Assembly: GCA_022705945.1 (NCBI GenBank)
Contig: JAKJDL010000005.1
Span: 15,825 to 79,824 of the forward strand
Source of the DNA: Candidatus Omnitrophota bacterium
GTDB taxonomy: Bacteria > Omnitrophota > Omnitrophia > Omnitrophales > Aquincolibacteriaceae
Direction of reading: 5' to 3'
DNA: 64,000 nucleotides
The translations under genes were made by a program, and so were the position numbers. The notes below the pieces were generated by a model. The model made no database searches. It saw nothing but the letters and a program-made list of their open reading frames with translations, and was not told the origin of the DNA. Below are positions 38,374 to 48,407 of the stretch, piece by piece; position 1 is the first letter of the stretch, and the number at the start of each line of letters is the position of its first letter.

Positions 38374-41300
38374 ATGAATAAAAGTTTTGCAACGATGGAT
38401 GCCAATGAAGCCGTCGCTTACGTCGCCTACCGCATTAATGAATGTATCGCGATCTATCCCATCACGCCGTCCTCGCCGATGGGTGAATGGGCGGACCAGT
38501 GGGCTTCGGAAGGAAAGAAGAACCTTTGGGGCACGATCCCTTCCGTCTCCGAGCTTCAGAGTGAAGGCGGCGCGGCGGGTGCCGTGCACGGCGCCCTTCA
38601 GCGCGGAGCTCTCACGACGACATTCACGGCGTCGCAGGGCCTTCTATTGATGATCCCGAACATGTATAAGATCGCCGGGGAGTTGACCCCCATGGCGATG
38701 CACGTGACGGCCCGTTCGCTGGCCGCGCACGCGCTCTCGATCTTCGGGGACCACGCTGACGTGATGGCGGTCCGCCAGACCGGTTTCGCGATGCTCGCCT
38801 CGGATTCGGTCCAGGAAGCCATGGACATGGCCCTGATCGCCCAGGCCGCGAGCCTTGAATCCCGCATTCCTTTTCTGCATTTCTTTGACGGGTTCCGTAC
38901 TTCCCATGAGGTCCAGAAGATCAGCGTTCTTTCCGAAGACCAGATCCGCGCGATGATTGACATGACAAAGGTGATGGAACACCGCGCCCGCGCGCTTTCC
39001 CCGGAAAACCCGGTCATTCGCGGCACGGCCCAGAACCCGGACGTCTATTTTCAGGCTCGGGAGACCGTCAATAAATTTTACAAAGCCTGCCCCGACATCG
39101 TTCAGAAGGTTATGGACAAGTTCGCGCAAGTGTCCGGCCGTCAGTACAGCCTGTTCGAATACAGCGGGCCGAAGGACGCCGAGCAGGTTATCGTGATCAT
39201 GGCTTCCGGCGTTGAAGTGGTCGAAGAGACCGTCAAGGCCCTTAGTTCGAAAGGCGCGAAGGTCGGCTGTCTCAAGGTATCGCTTTACCGCCCCTTTGAC
39301 GTCAAACGCTTCGTTAGTCTTCTTCCCGAAACCACCCAAAACCTCATCGTTCTTGACCGCACTAAAGAACCCGGCGCCGTCGGCGAGCCGCTTTATCTGG
39401 ATGTCGTCAGCGCGCTCCAGGAAGCGTCTCAGAACGGCTGGTCAGGGTTCAAGCAGACGCCGAAAATCTACGGCGGACGCTACGGGCTTTCGTCCAAGGA
39501 GTTCACGCCGGCCATGGTAAAGGGAATCTTTGATTGCTTTTCTTCCGGCAAGGGAAGGCACGGCTTCACGATCGGCATCAACGACGACGTGACGAACACG
39601 AGCCTTCCGTATGACCCCGCTTATTCGATCGAATCCGACAAGATTGTCCGGGCGATGTTCTACGGGCTCGGTGCCGACGGGACGGTCGGGGCGAACAAGA
39701 ACTCCATCAAGATTATCGGCGAGAACACGGACAATTTCGCCCAGGGATTTTTTGTGTATGACTCCAAAAAGTCCGGCGCGATTACGGTGTCGCACCTGCG
39801 GTTTGGTCCCGACCCGATCAACCTGCCGTATCTGATCAGCACGGCGGATTTCCTGGCGTGCCATCAGACCGTGTTCCTTGAAAAATATGACATGCTTCGC
39901 AACTTAAGGGCGGGCGGGACGTTCCTGCTGAACGTGCCGTGGGAGGCCGACAAGGTCTGGGAGAATATCCCGGTCGAAGTGCAGAAAGAGATCCTCGAAA
40001 AGAAGCTCAAGTTTTACGTGATCGACGCCTACAAGGTCGCTTCCGAAAGCGGCATGGGCATGAGGATCAACACGATTATGCAGGTTTGCTTTTTCGCGAT
40101 CTCGGGCGTGCTCCCGCGTGAGCAGGCGATAGCCGAGATCAAGAAGTCGATCCAGAAAACCTACGGTAAAAAAGGCGAGGAGGTGGTCAGGAAGAACCTC
40201 CAGGCTGTGGACATGACGCTTGCGCACTTGCACGAGATCAAGGTCCCGGCGGTTGCCGACAGCAAGGTCAGAAAGCGCCCGCCGGTTACCGGGGACGCGC
40301 CGAAATTCGTGAAAGATGTTCTCGGGGTCATTGTGGAAGGGCGCGGCGACGACCTGCCGGTTAGCGCGTTCCCGGTGGACGGCACGTTCCCGACCGCGAC
40401 GACGCAGTATGAGAAGCGTAATATCGCTCTCGAGATTCCCGTGTGGGAGCCCGAGCTTTGCATTCAGTGCGGGAAGTGCAACTTTGTGTGCCCGCACGCG
40501 GTGATCCGGATGAAGGCCTACGATCCGAAATATCTCGCGGATGCTCCCGAGGGTTTCAAATCTTCCGATGCGAAGATGCCGGTTTTTAAGGGCCAGAAGT
40601 TCACGATTCAGGTCGCGCCGGAAGATTGCACCGGCTGCGGCCTCTGCGTGGAAACGTGTCCTGCCAAGAGCAAGACTGATCCCGAGAAAAAAGCCATCAA
40701 CATGGCCTCCCAGCAGCCGCTCCGCGAACCGGAGAAGGTGAATTGGGCGTATTTCCAGAGCATTCCCGATTTTGATCGCACGAAGCTGAATACCGGGATG
40801 ATCAACCAGCAGCAGGCCATGCGACCCTTGTTTGAATTTTCGGGCGCCTGCGGCGGTTGCGGCGAGACGCCGTATGTGAAACTGATCTCGCAGCTTTTCG
40901 GTGACCGCGCCGTCATTGCCAACGCAACCGGCTGCTCCTCGATCTACGGCGGGAACCTTCCGACCACACCGTGGGCCAAGGATGCCAACGGCCGCGGGCC
41001 GGCTTGGGCCAATTCGCTGTTTGAGGATTGCGCGGAGTTCGGCTACGGGTTCCGTATGGCGATCGACAAACAGAAAGAATTTGCCTGTGAACTTTTGTTA
41101 AGACTTGGCGACAAGGTCGGAGCCGACCTCGCGAAGGCACTGATCGAAGCCCCGCAGAAGACCGAGGCGGACATCCAGGCCCAGCGCGGGCGTGTCGCGG
41201 AGCTCAAGAAAAAACTTGCTTCCGTTAGCCCGGATCCCGATGCCGCCCAGCTGCTTTCGCTGGCGGATGTGCTCGTCAAAAGGAGCGTCTGGAGTTTCGG

Positions 41301-41955
41301 CGGCGACGGTTGGGCCTATGATATCGGGTTCGGCGGTCTGGACCACGTGCTCGCTTCCGGAAAGAACGTGAATGTCCTCGTGCTGGATACGGAAGTTTAT
41401 TCCAATACGGGCGGCCAGGCATCGAAGTCCACGCCGCGTTCCGCGGTTGCGAAGTTCGCGATGGGCGGAAAGGCGTCCGGGAAGAAGAATCTTGGCTTGA
41501 TCGCCATGACCTACGGGAACGTTTATGTCGCGTCGATCGCGATGGGTGCCAACGACCAGCAGGCGCTCAAGGCGATCCTCGAGGCCGAAGCGTATGACGG
41601 GCCTTCCCTCGTGATTGCCTACAGCCATTGCATCGCGCACGGGATCAACATGACGACGGGGATGCAGGGCCAGAAGGCCGCCGTGGCTTCCGGCCAGTGG
41701 CTGCTCTATCGCTTTGATCCGACCAAGCTTGAGAGAGGGGAAAACCCGCTCACGCTCGATTCGAAGGCGCCGTCGGCACCGGTCGAACAGTTTATGATGA
41801 TGGAAAACCGCTTCAAGATGCTGATGAAAAGCAGGCCGGAACACGCGAAGGAGCTTTTCAAGCTCGCCCAAAAGGACGCGGATTACCGGTGGAAGCTTTT
41901 CGAGTATCTCGCGCAGGGGAAACCCCAGCCGGAGGCGCCCAAGGTTACCGCGTAA
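38374..41955 (+). CDS. nifJ: Pyruvate:ferredoxin (flavodoxin) oxidoreductase, single-chain PFOR
   Basis: Roughly 1190 aa. Two 4Fe-4S ferredoxin motifs ('CIQCGKCNFVCPHA', 'CTGCGLCVETCPA') and TPP-binding 'GGDGWAYDIGF'. Start taken at ATG 38374 (RBS GGAG). The ORF is open from 38329. Confidence 0.9.
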   Translation: MNKSFATMDANEAVAYVAYRINECIAIYPITPSSPMGEWADQWASEGKKNLWGTIPSVSELQSEGGAAGAVHGALQRGALTTTFTASQGLLLMIPNMYKIAGELTPMAMHVTARSLAAHALSIFGDHADVMAVRQTGFAMLASDSVQEAMDMALIAQAASLESRIPFLHFFDGFRTSHEVQKISVLSEDQIRAMIDMTKVMEHRARALSPENPVIRGTAQNPDVYFQARETVNKFYKACPDIVQKVMDKFAQVSGRQYSLFEYSGPKDAEQVIVIMASGVEVVEETVKALSSKGAKVGCLKVSLYRPFDVKRFVSLLPETTQNLIVLDRTKEPGAVGEPLYLDVVSALQEASQNGWSGFKQTPKIYGGRYGLSSKEFTPAMVKGIFDCFSSGKGRHGFTIGINDDVTNTSLPYDPAYSIESDKIVRAMFYGLGADGTVGANKNSIKIIGENTDNFAQGFFVYDSKKSGAITVSHLRFGPDPINLPYLISTADFLACHQTVFLEKYDMLRNLRAGGTFLLNVPWEADKVWENIPVEVQKEILEKKLKFYVIDAYKVASESGMGMRINTIMQVCFFAISGVLPREQAIAEIKKSIQKTYGKKGEEVVRKNLQAVDMTLAHLHEIKVPAVADSKVRKRPPVTGDAPKFVKDVLGVIVEGRGDDLPVSAFPVDGTFPTATTQYEKRNIALEIPVWEPELCIQCGKCNFVCPHAVIRMKAYDPKYLADAPEGFKSSDAKMPVFKGQKFTIQVAPEDCTGCGLCVETCPAKSKTDPEKKAINMASQQPLREPEKVNWAYFQSIPDFDRTKLNTGMINQQQAMRPLFEFSGACGGCGETPYVKLISQLFGDRAVIANATGCSSIYGGNLPTTPWAKDANGRGPAWANSLFEDCAEFGYGFRMAIDKQKEFACELLLRLGDKVGADLAKALIEAPQKTEADIQAQRGRVAELKKKLASVSPDPDAAQLLSLADVLVKRSVWSFGGDGWAYDIGFGGLDHVLASGKNVNVLVLDTEVYSNTGGQASKSTPRSAVAKFAMGGKASGKKNLGLIAMTYGNVYVASIAMGANDQQALKAILEAEAYDGPSLVIAYSHCIAHGINMTTGMQGQKAAVASGQWLLYRFDPTKLERGENPLTLDSKAPSAPVEQFMMMENRFKMLMKSRPEHAKELFKLAQKDADYRWKLFEYLAQGKPQPEAPKVTA

Positions 41956-41984
41956 TCACATATTAACCGAGTCCGAAAAAAACC

Positions 41985-44141
41985 GTGAGGAATGATGCAA
42001 TGAGCCCAAAGCCTGCCGCAGCCGCGTCCAGAAAAAAAGATCTTAAAGCACTGTTCGAGCCCCAGACGATTGCTGTGGTCGGCGCCTCGAGGCGAACGGA
42101 AGCGGTTGGTCACGCGATCTTGCGGAATCTCCTGAATACCGGTTACAAGGGGAAGATCTATCCCGTCAATCCCAAGGCGGACGAGATCCTTGGTGCCAGG
42201 TGTTTTCCGTCCGTGGGGGATGTCCCGGGAGTGATCGATCTGGCGATCTTCATCATTCCGAGTACCGGTGTTCCCGCAGAATTGGAGGCGTGCGCCAAAA
42301 AGGGCGCCAAAGCGGCAATCGTGATTTCGGCGGGTTTCCGTGAAGTCGGCGCCGAGGGATTAAAGCTTGAAGAGGAGGTCAGAAGGATCGCCGATCAATA
42401 CGGCATCGCGGTCCTGGGACCGAACTGCCTCGGCCTTATCAACAATGACCCGGCGCTCAGTATGAACGCGAGTTTCGCCGGTACGATTCCGAATCCCGGC
42501 AAAGTCGCGTTCGTGTCGCAGAGCGGCGCTCTGGGAACGGCACTGCTTGATTACGCGCGCGGCCAAAATATCGGTTTTTCGAAATTCGTGAGCCTCGGCA
42601 ACAAGGTCGGGGTGACCGAACTGGAAGTGCTTGAATACCTGAAGGATGATCCGAAGACGAGCGTCATTATCATGTATCTGGAAGATATCGTGCACGGCCA
42701 TGATTTTATCGAGATGGCGCACGAGATTACCGGCGATACCGCGACGACGAAACCGATCCTCGTGATCAAGTCCGGACGTACGAGCGAGGGCGCCAAGGCG
42801 GCGAGCTCGCACACGGGTTCCATGATGGGGGCCGATGAAGTTTACGACGCCGTGTTCGCGCAGTCGGGCGTGATGCGGATGAGTTCCGCGCTGGAGATGT
42901 TCGGTCTTGCCAATGTTTTCGCGAATCAGCCGTTAATGAGGGGGAATCGGGTCGCTATTGTCACGAACGCCGGCGGCCCCGGGATCATGGCCACGGATGC
43001 GTGCGTAAAAGCCGGCCTCAAGATGGCGGAAATGTCTCCGCAGACCGTTGCCAGGCTCAAGGAAAAACTTCCCCCTACCGCGAATTTTTCGAACCCGATC
43101 GACGTGATCGGTGATGCCCGGCACGACCGCTATGAACACGCGCTGCGCGCCGTGATCGCGGAGCCGAACGTGGACGGAGTGCTTGTTCTGCTCACGCCGC
43201 AGGCGATGACGGAGGCGGAAGCGACCGCGAAGGTCATCGTGGATCTGGACAAGAGTTCGGATAAAACGATTGTGACGTGCTTTATGGGGCATGCGGATGT
43301 CGAGGCGGGGGTGAAAGTCCTTAAAGAGAATAACATCCCTCATTATCATTTCCCGGAAGAAGCTGCCGGGGCGCTTGCCGCCGTAGACCGCTACCAGCAG
43401 TGGCTTAACCGCCGCCGCACCGGCGTAAAACATTATGACGCTGATCGGAACCGCGCCCAAAACGCCATCCGGATCGCTTCAAAAGCGGGCCGGAAGTTTT
43501 TGCCCATCCACGAGTCGATGGAGGTTTTCACCGCATACGGTTTTCCCGTCATTCCCTGGGCGTTTGTGAAGACCCAGGAGGATGCCTGGGAATCGGCCGT
43601 GAAGATCGGTTTCCCGGTGGTCATGAAAGTCGTCTCCCAGCAGATCATCCACAAGGTTGATGTGGGAGGCGTCCGGCTGAATCTGAATTCCGCCGAAGAC
43701 GTTCAGGCCGCGTTCCGTGACATTATGGCGGTCGGCGACAAGCTCAAGGCGAAGATTGACGGCGTATTCATGCAGCGCATGGCGCCGAAGGGCCGCGAGG
43801 TTATCCTCGGTATGAAGCGGGACCCGCACTTCGGGCCGATCCTGATGTTCGGTCTCGGCGGCATTTATGTCGAGGCTTTGAAGGACGTGACGTTCCGTGT
43901 CGCTCCGATCCGCGAGTTGAGCGCATACGGTATGGTCCGCGGTATTCGCGCGATCAAGTTGCTCGAAGGCGTCCGCGGAGAGCCCCGCGCCGATTTCCTC
44001 GCGGTTGAAGACTGCCTCAAACGGCTTTCACAGCTTGCCTGCGATCATCCCGAGATTGACGAAATTGACATCAATCCGCTTATGGTCTATGCTGAGGGCA
44101 AAGGCGCGGGCGTGATCGACGCCCGGATTATTCTTAAATAA
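41985..44141 (+). CDS. Acetyl-CoA synthetase (ADP-forming), fused alpha/beta (NDP-forming acyl-CoA synthetase)
   Basis: CoA-binding N-domain ('IAVVGASRR'), succinyl-CoA-synthetase-like ligase domain and a C-terminal ATP-grasp domain. About 710 aa. Alternative ATG at 42000. Confidence 0.85.
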   Translation: MRNDAMSPKPAAAASRKKDLKALFEPQTIAVVGASRRTEAVGHAILRNLLNTGYKGKIYPVNPKADEILGARCFPSVGDVPGVIDLAIFIIPSTGVPAELEACAKKGAKAAIVISAGFREVGAEGLKLEEEVRRIADQYGIAVLGPNCLGLINNDPALSMNASFAGTIPNPGKVAFVSQSGALGTALLDYARGQNIGFSKFVSLGNKVGVTELEVLEYLKDDPKTSVIIMYLEDIVHGHDFIEMAHEITGDTATTKPILVIKSGRTSEGAKAASSHTGSMMGADEVYDAVFAQSGVMRMSSALEMFGLANVFANQPLMRGNRVAIVTNAGGPGIMATDACVKAGLKMAEMSPQTVARLKEKLPPTANFSNPIDVIGDARHDRYEHALRAVIAEPNVDGVLVLLTPQAMTEAEATAKVIVDLDKSSDKTIVTCFMGHADVEAGVKVLKENNIPHYHFPEEAAGALAAVDRYQQWLNRRRTGVKHYDADRNRAQNAIRIASKAGRKFLPIHESMEVFTAYGFPVIPWAFVKTQEDAWESAVKIGFPVVMKVVSQQIIHKVDVGGVRLNLNSAEDVQAAFRDIMAVGDKLKAKIDGVFMQRMAPKGREVILGMKRDPHFGPILMFGLGGIYVEALKDVTFRVAPIRELSAYGMVRGIRAIKLLEGVRGEPRADFLAVEDCLKRLSQLACDHPEIDEIDINPLMVYAEGKGAGVIDARIILK

Positions 44142-44164
44142 TTCCGGAACCCTTCGGGTTTTTT

Positions 44165-44878
44165 ATGGGCGAGATCGAAAAGCTGAAATCGTTTGTCGAT
44201 AGCTTCCAGTATCGCGAAAAATATCTTGCCGCGATCGATCCGAAAAACGGCCGCTATCCTTTCATAACCATCTCCCGTGATACAGGCGCCGGAGGGCATA
44301 ATCTTGCCGACGCGGTTATGGCGCTGATCGATCAGGAAAAGAAAGATCCTCTTTTTCAGGACTGGCAGATTTGCGACCAGGAGATTTGTTCCAGACTCGC
44401 CCGGGATTCCAGGCTCAAGGTTTCGAGGGAGTCCCTCATCGTGACCGAGTATCGTTCGGCCACGGAAGATGTGCTGAGCCAGCTTTTGACGGGGGAGGCC
44501 TCGCAGGAAAAAATCGCTCGTAGAATGTTTGCGATGATGCGCGATCTTGCCGTTTACGGGAAATCAATCATCATCGGCCGGGGGGCCACGTGTCTTACCC
44601 GCAATCTGTCGTATGGTATTCATATCCGGCTTGTTGCCTCGCTTCCCTCCCGTATTTCGCTTATGATGAAGGCTCACGGGAAGGATGAGAAGTGGGCCCG
44701 CGAAAAGATCCGCGAACAGGATCGCGCCAAAGCGGCGTTCGTGAAAAACTTTTTTCATAAGGATATCCACGATCCGCTTTTGTATGACGCGATCTGGAAT
44801 ACGGACAGGATCGGGATTGACGAGATTGCTCGCATTCTTGTGAGCTGGATCAAGAACAAGGCGGCTCTCCCGAAGTAG
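44165..44878 (+). CDS. Cytidylate-kinase-like family protein (P-loop NTPase fold, degenerate Walker A)
   Basis: 'FITISRDTGAGGHNLADAV' resembles the cytidylate kinase-like family N-terminus. 237 aa. Confidence 0.5.
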   Translation: MGEIEKLKSFVDSFQYREKYLAAIDPKNGRYPFITISRDTGAGGHNLADAVMALIDQEKKDPLFQDWQICDQEICSRLARDSRLKVSRESLIVTEYRSATEDVLSQLLTGEASQEKIARRMFAMMRDLAVYGKSIIIGRGATCLTRNLSYGIHIRLVASLPSRISLMMKAHGKDEKWAREKIREQDRAKAAFVKNFFHKDIHDPLLYDAIWNTDRIGIDEIARILVSWIKNKAALPK

Positions 44879-45027
44879 CAGATTCTTTCACGTGTTTTTA
44901 TTTACGAATCCGTTCCTGATCCCCGTAAGGCCCGGGCCGCGCGATAAAAATAAATCCAAAATCACGATTGACACAAGGTAAATGTCTGATAGTTTATCCA
45001 CCACCTGTTGTGGGACGGCAAATCTCA

Positions 45028-45043
45028 ACTACAATATATTGGC
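45028..45043 (+). promoter_or_regulatory. Candidate NrdR box upstream of nrdD
   Basis: ACTACAATATATTGGC contains the perfect palindrome CAATATATTG, resembling the NrdR operator consensus (acaCwAtATaTwGtgt). About 35 nt upstream of the nrdD start. Confidence 0.35.
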
Positions 45044-45079
45044 TTTTTGCCGATATGAAAGGATAAAGGGGGAGTGAAC

Positions 45080-47113
45080 ATGTCTGAGCGGTTCCAGTCC
45101 AGAAAGATCACCAATATTCGAAAGCGCGACGGTTCCGTGATGCCCTTTGACGGGGTAAAGATCTATAACGCCATCGTTAAAGCGGGGCAGGCAACCGGCG
45201 ATTATGACGGCAGCGAGGCACAGCTCCTGACGCTGGCCGTGATCAAGGTTATCGATAACCGTTACGACCGTGGATTCCTGGATATCGAAGCAATCCAGGA
45301 TATCGTCGAACAGGTCCTGATTACTTCCAACTATCTTAAGACCGCCCGCGCGTATATCGTCTACCGCGAACAGCATAAAAAACTGCGCAGTGACAAAAAA
45401 ACGGTCGTTGACGTTGTCTCCTCGGTCAATGAATACCTCTACAAACAGGACTGGCGGGTGAACGCGAACGCCAATCAGGGATATTCGCTTGGCGGCATGA
45501 TTCTCAATATTTCGGGCAAGGTCATCGCGAATTACTGGCTCTCTCATGTTTATCCCGAAGAGGTCGCGAACGCGCACCGGCACGGCGACATTCATATTCA
45601 CGATCTCGATATGCTCTCGGGATACTGCGCCGGATGGTCCCTGAGGACATTGCTTCGCGAAGGTTTTAACGGTGTTCCCGACAAGGTCGAATCAGCCCCG
45701 CCGAAGCACCTGAGTTCCGCGGTCGGGCAGATGGTTAACTTCCTCGGCACCCTCCAGAACGAATGGGCGGGAGCGCAGGCGTTCTCGTCGTTTGACACTT
45801 ACCTCGCGCCTTATATCCGCAAGGACAAGCTTCCTTACGAAAAGGTGAAGCAGAGCATTCAGGAATTTATTTACAACCTGAACGTTCCGTCGCGCTGGGG
45901 CACCCAGACGCCGTTCACGAACGTGACCTTTGATTGGATTTGCCCGGAGGATTTGCGCGCGGAACATCCGATAGTAGGCGGTCAGGAGATGGAGTTCACC
46001 TATGGCGATCTTGGCGAAGAAATGGCCATGATCAACAAGGCTTATATCGAGGTGATGATGAAAGGCGACGCGAAGGGGAGGGTTTTCACGTTCCCGATCC
46101 CGACCTACAACATTACCCCGGATTTTGACTGGGATCATCCGAACTGCGAACCTCTTTTCGAGATGACCGCGAAATACGGGCTTCCGTATTTCCAGAACTT
46201 CCTCAATTCCGATCTCAAACCGAACCAGATCCGCTCGATGTGTTGCCGGCTGCAACTTGATCTCCGAGAGCTCCTCAAGCGCGGTAACGGCCTCTTTGGC
46301 TCGGCCGAACAGACGGGATCACTTGGGGTCGTAACTCTCAATTGCGCGCGTATCGGTTATCTCGCGAAAGGGGATGAGAGCGCTTTTTATAACCGGGTTG
46401 ACCATCTTCTTCATCTCGCGAAGACGAGCCTTGAGCTGAAGAGGAAGATCATCCAGAGACATATTGATCAGGGGCTTTTCCCTTACACGAGGCGTTATCT
46501 TGGAACGCTTCGGAACCATTTTTCAACGATCGGCGTGAACGGGATCAATGAATGTATCCGGAACTTCACAAACGACAAAGAGAACATCACGACCGAGGAA
46601 GGGTTTAAATTCGCGCTCAAGCTCCTTGATCATATCCGGATGAGAATGACCGAGTTCCAAACGGAGACCGGTCATCTTTATAATCTTGAAGCGACGCCTG
46701 CCGAGGGTGCGACCTACCGTTTTGCCAAGGAGGACATCAGGCGGTTCCCGGACGTTCTTCACGCGGGAACGGATGAGCGCCCGTATTACACGAACTCCTC
46801 CCAGCTCCCGGTGACCTTCACGGATGATCCTTTTGAGGCCCTGGAACGCCAGGAAGAGCTCCAGCGCCGTTACACCGGCGGGACCGTGCTGCATCTCTAT
46901 ATGGGAGAACGTGTTTCGTCGTCCGCGGCGTGCAAGGAGCTTGTGAGACGCGCTTTGGCCGGCTACAGGATTCCTTATATCACGGTCACTCCGACATTTT
47001 CGATCTGTCCGAAGCACGCGTATCTTCCCGGAGAACACGAGTTCTGTCCAAAGTGCGATGAAGAGCTTATTCGTGAAAAAATGCTCGCGTCGCAGACCCC
47101 GGCAGAATCCTGA
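45080..47113 (+). CDS. nrdD: Anaerobic ribonucleoside-triphosphate reductase (class III), large polypeptide ending after the Zn-ribbon and lacking the glycyl-radical loop
   Basis: N-terminal ATP cone ('KRDGSVMPFDGVKIYNAIVKAG') and NrdD core. C-terminal Zn-ribbon 'CPKH...CPKCDE', then a TGA stop. Start taken at ATG 45080 (RBS GGGGGAG). Confidence 0.85.
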   Translation: MSERFQSRKITNIRKRDGSVMPFDGVKIYNAIVKAGQATGDYDGSEAQLLTLAVIKVIDNRYDRGFLDIEAIQDIVEQVLITSNYLKTARAYIVYREQHKKLRSDKKTVVDVVSSVNEYLYKQDWRVNANANQGYSLGGMILNISGKVIANYWLSHVYPEEVANAHRHGDIHIHDLDMLSGYCAGWSLRTLLREGFNGVPDKVESAPPKHLSSAVGQMVNFLGTLQNEWAGAQAFSSFDTYLAPYIRKDKLPYEKVKQSIQEFIYNLNVPSRWGTQTPFTNVTFDWICPEDLRAEHPIVGGQEMEFTYGDLGEEMAMINKAYIEVMMKGDAKGRVFTFPIPTYNITPDFDWDHPNCEPLFEMTAKYGLPYFQNFLNSDLKPNQIRSMCCRLQLDLRELLKRGNGLFGSAEQTGSLGVVTLNCARIGYLAKGDESAFYNRVDHLLHLAKTSLELKRKIIQRHIDQGLFPYTRRYLGTLRNHFSTIGVNGINECIRNFTNDKENITTEEGFKFALKLLDHIRMRMTEFQTETGHLYNLEATPAEGATYRFAKEDIRRFPDVLHAGTDERPYYTNSSQLPVTFTDDPFEALERQEELQRRYTGGTVLHLYMGERVSSSAACKELVRRALAGYRIPYITVTPTFSICPKHAYLPGEHEFCPKCDEELIREKMLASQTPAES

Positions 47114-47239
47114 ACCGGTTTATTCGGGAGGACAGTTTGACATACAAGAAATATCAGGTGAACAAAGCCCGTCGAGCCGTTTGAAGCTCTCACGGAAAGG
47201 TGAACGTCGAAAAACCCGGACCGGGAAGGAGGAAGTATC

Positions 47240-47434
47240 ATGACGTTAGCGGAAGCGAAAGCGAAAGCGAAAGAAAAGATTATTCTCAAGGATGAAGAGA
47301 GGACCCGTTGCGAAGTCTGGACGCGCGTGATGGGTTATCATCGTCCCGTCGCGGGATTCAATGTGGGGAAAAAAGGCGAGTTTTATGAAAGGAAATACTT
47401 CAAGGAAGCCGCGTGCGACTGCGGAGCCAGGTGA
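47240..47434 (+). CDS. Stand-alone 64-aa NrdD C-terminal glycyl-radical domain protein
   Basis: 'TRVMGYHRPVAGFNVGKKGEFYERKYF' matches the NrdD glycyl radical motif (RVCGY...FNxGKxxE...R). Strong own RBS GGAAGGAGG 6 nt upstream. Separated from nrdD by 126 nt that contain several stops in all continuing frames. Confidence 0.7.
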   Translation: MTLAEAKAKAKEKIILKDEERTRCEVWTRVMGYHRPVAGFNVGKKGEFYERKYFKEAACDCGAR

Positions 47435-48158
47435 TCATCCGGAGCTTTGTGCCGTCCTTTCTGAAATACCTGTCGGTGGAATAACGCCGTTTACGACGAT
47501 AGACTTCCCCGGCCGTCTGGCCGGGGTTTTCTATCTCCAGGGCTGTGAGTGGCGGTGCCGCTACTGTTATAACTCCGAGTTCTGGAAGTTTGTCCCTGAT
47601 GCGACTTGTGTCTCTCCCGAAAAGATCCCGCATTTCCTCGAGTCCCGCCGCGGGAAACTGGACGGGATCGTTTTCTCCGGAGGAGAGCCGACCGCTCACC
47701 CCTCTCTCAAGAAATGGATCCGGGCGGTGCGTTCGCTCGGCTATCAGGTCGCGCTTCATACGAATGGCATGTATCCCGATCGTCTGGGAGAGGTTTTGCC
47801 TCTCTGTGACTGGGTCGGAATCGATATCAAGGCCCCGTTTGATCAATATGCCGATGTGACGATGCGTGAGGGGAGCGGGGCAGCAGCGAAGGCCGGTCTG
47901 CGGCGGATTCTTTCAAGTCATGTTCCTTATGAATGCCGCACGACCGTGCATCCGGATTTGTTGAAAAATGAAAGCCTGCTTCAGCTTGCCGGCGAGCTTC
48001 ATGATCTCGGGGTCAGAGAGTTTCACGTCCAGAGATTTCGACGGGAGGGATGTCCCGATCCGGAGCTTTGCGAAAGCAGTCGGCTCGGAGCCGTCATTTC
48101 GCCGGACCTGCAAGACCGGCTTAGAGCCATTTTCCCGAAATTGCAGGTACGCGGATAG
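47385..48158 (+). CDS. nrdG: Anaerobic ribonucleotide reductase activating protein (radical SAM)
   Basis: 'ITPFTTIDFPGRLAGVFYLQGCEWRCRYCYN' (CxxxCxxC). ORF open from 47361 (alternative ATG). Overlaps the glycyl-radical mini-gene in another frame. Confidence 0.85.
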   Translation: MKGNTSRKPRATAEPGDHPELCAVLSEIPVGGITPFTTIDFPGRLAGVFYLQGCEWRCRYCYNSEFWKFVPDATCVSPEKIPHFLESRRGKLDGIVFSGGEPTAHPSLKKWIRAVRSLGYQVALHTNGMYPDRLGEVLPLCDWVGIDIKAPFDQYADVTMREGSGAAAKAGLRRILSSHVPYECRTTVHPDLLKNESLLQLAGELHDLGVREFHVQRFRREGCPDPELCESSRLGAVISPDLQDRLRAIFPKLQVRG

Positions 48159-48407
48159 CCCTGGTGTGATACGCGAAGTTTTGAAGAATATATCCTCTTG
48201 TCGTGACGGTTTTTGCTTGCCGCTCGCCCACGCCTGCGATCCTCGCGCAGAATCTTGAGAAGTGAAATTCCGGTCATTCGGGAATGCGCATCGTTCGGGA
48301 TGACCGTGTTTTTGGCATCCCGCCAGAAAATCGGCAAGGCAAGAGTCGGGGTTCTGCCGTTTTTTTTGGGAACATGAGAAAGAATGTTTTAACAAGTTGA
48401 GGATTGG

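Noticed and set aside
47114-47239. The nrdD / glycyl-radical split as simple stop-codon readthrough, an intein or an intron.
   Set aside because: The 126-nt gap has additional stops in every frame and is far too short for an intein or group I intron. The downstream piece has its own strong RBS. A sequencing indel cannot be excluded without reads, but cannot create a continuous frame across multiple stops.
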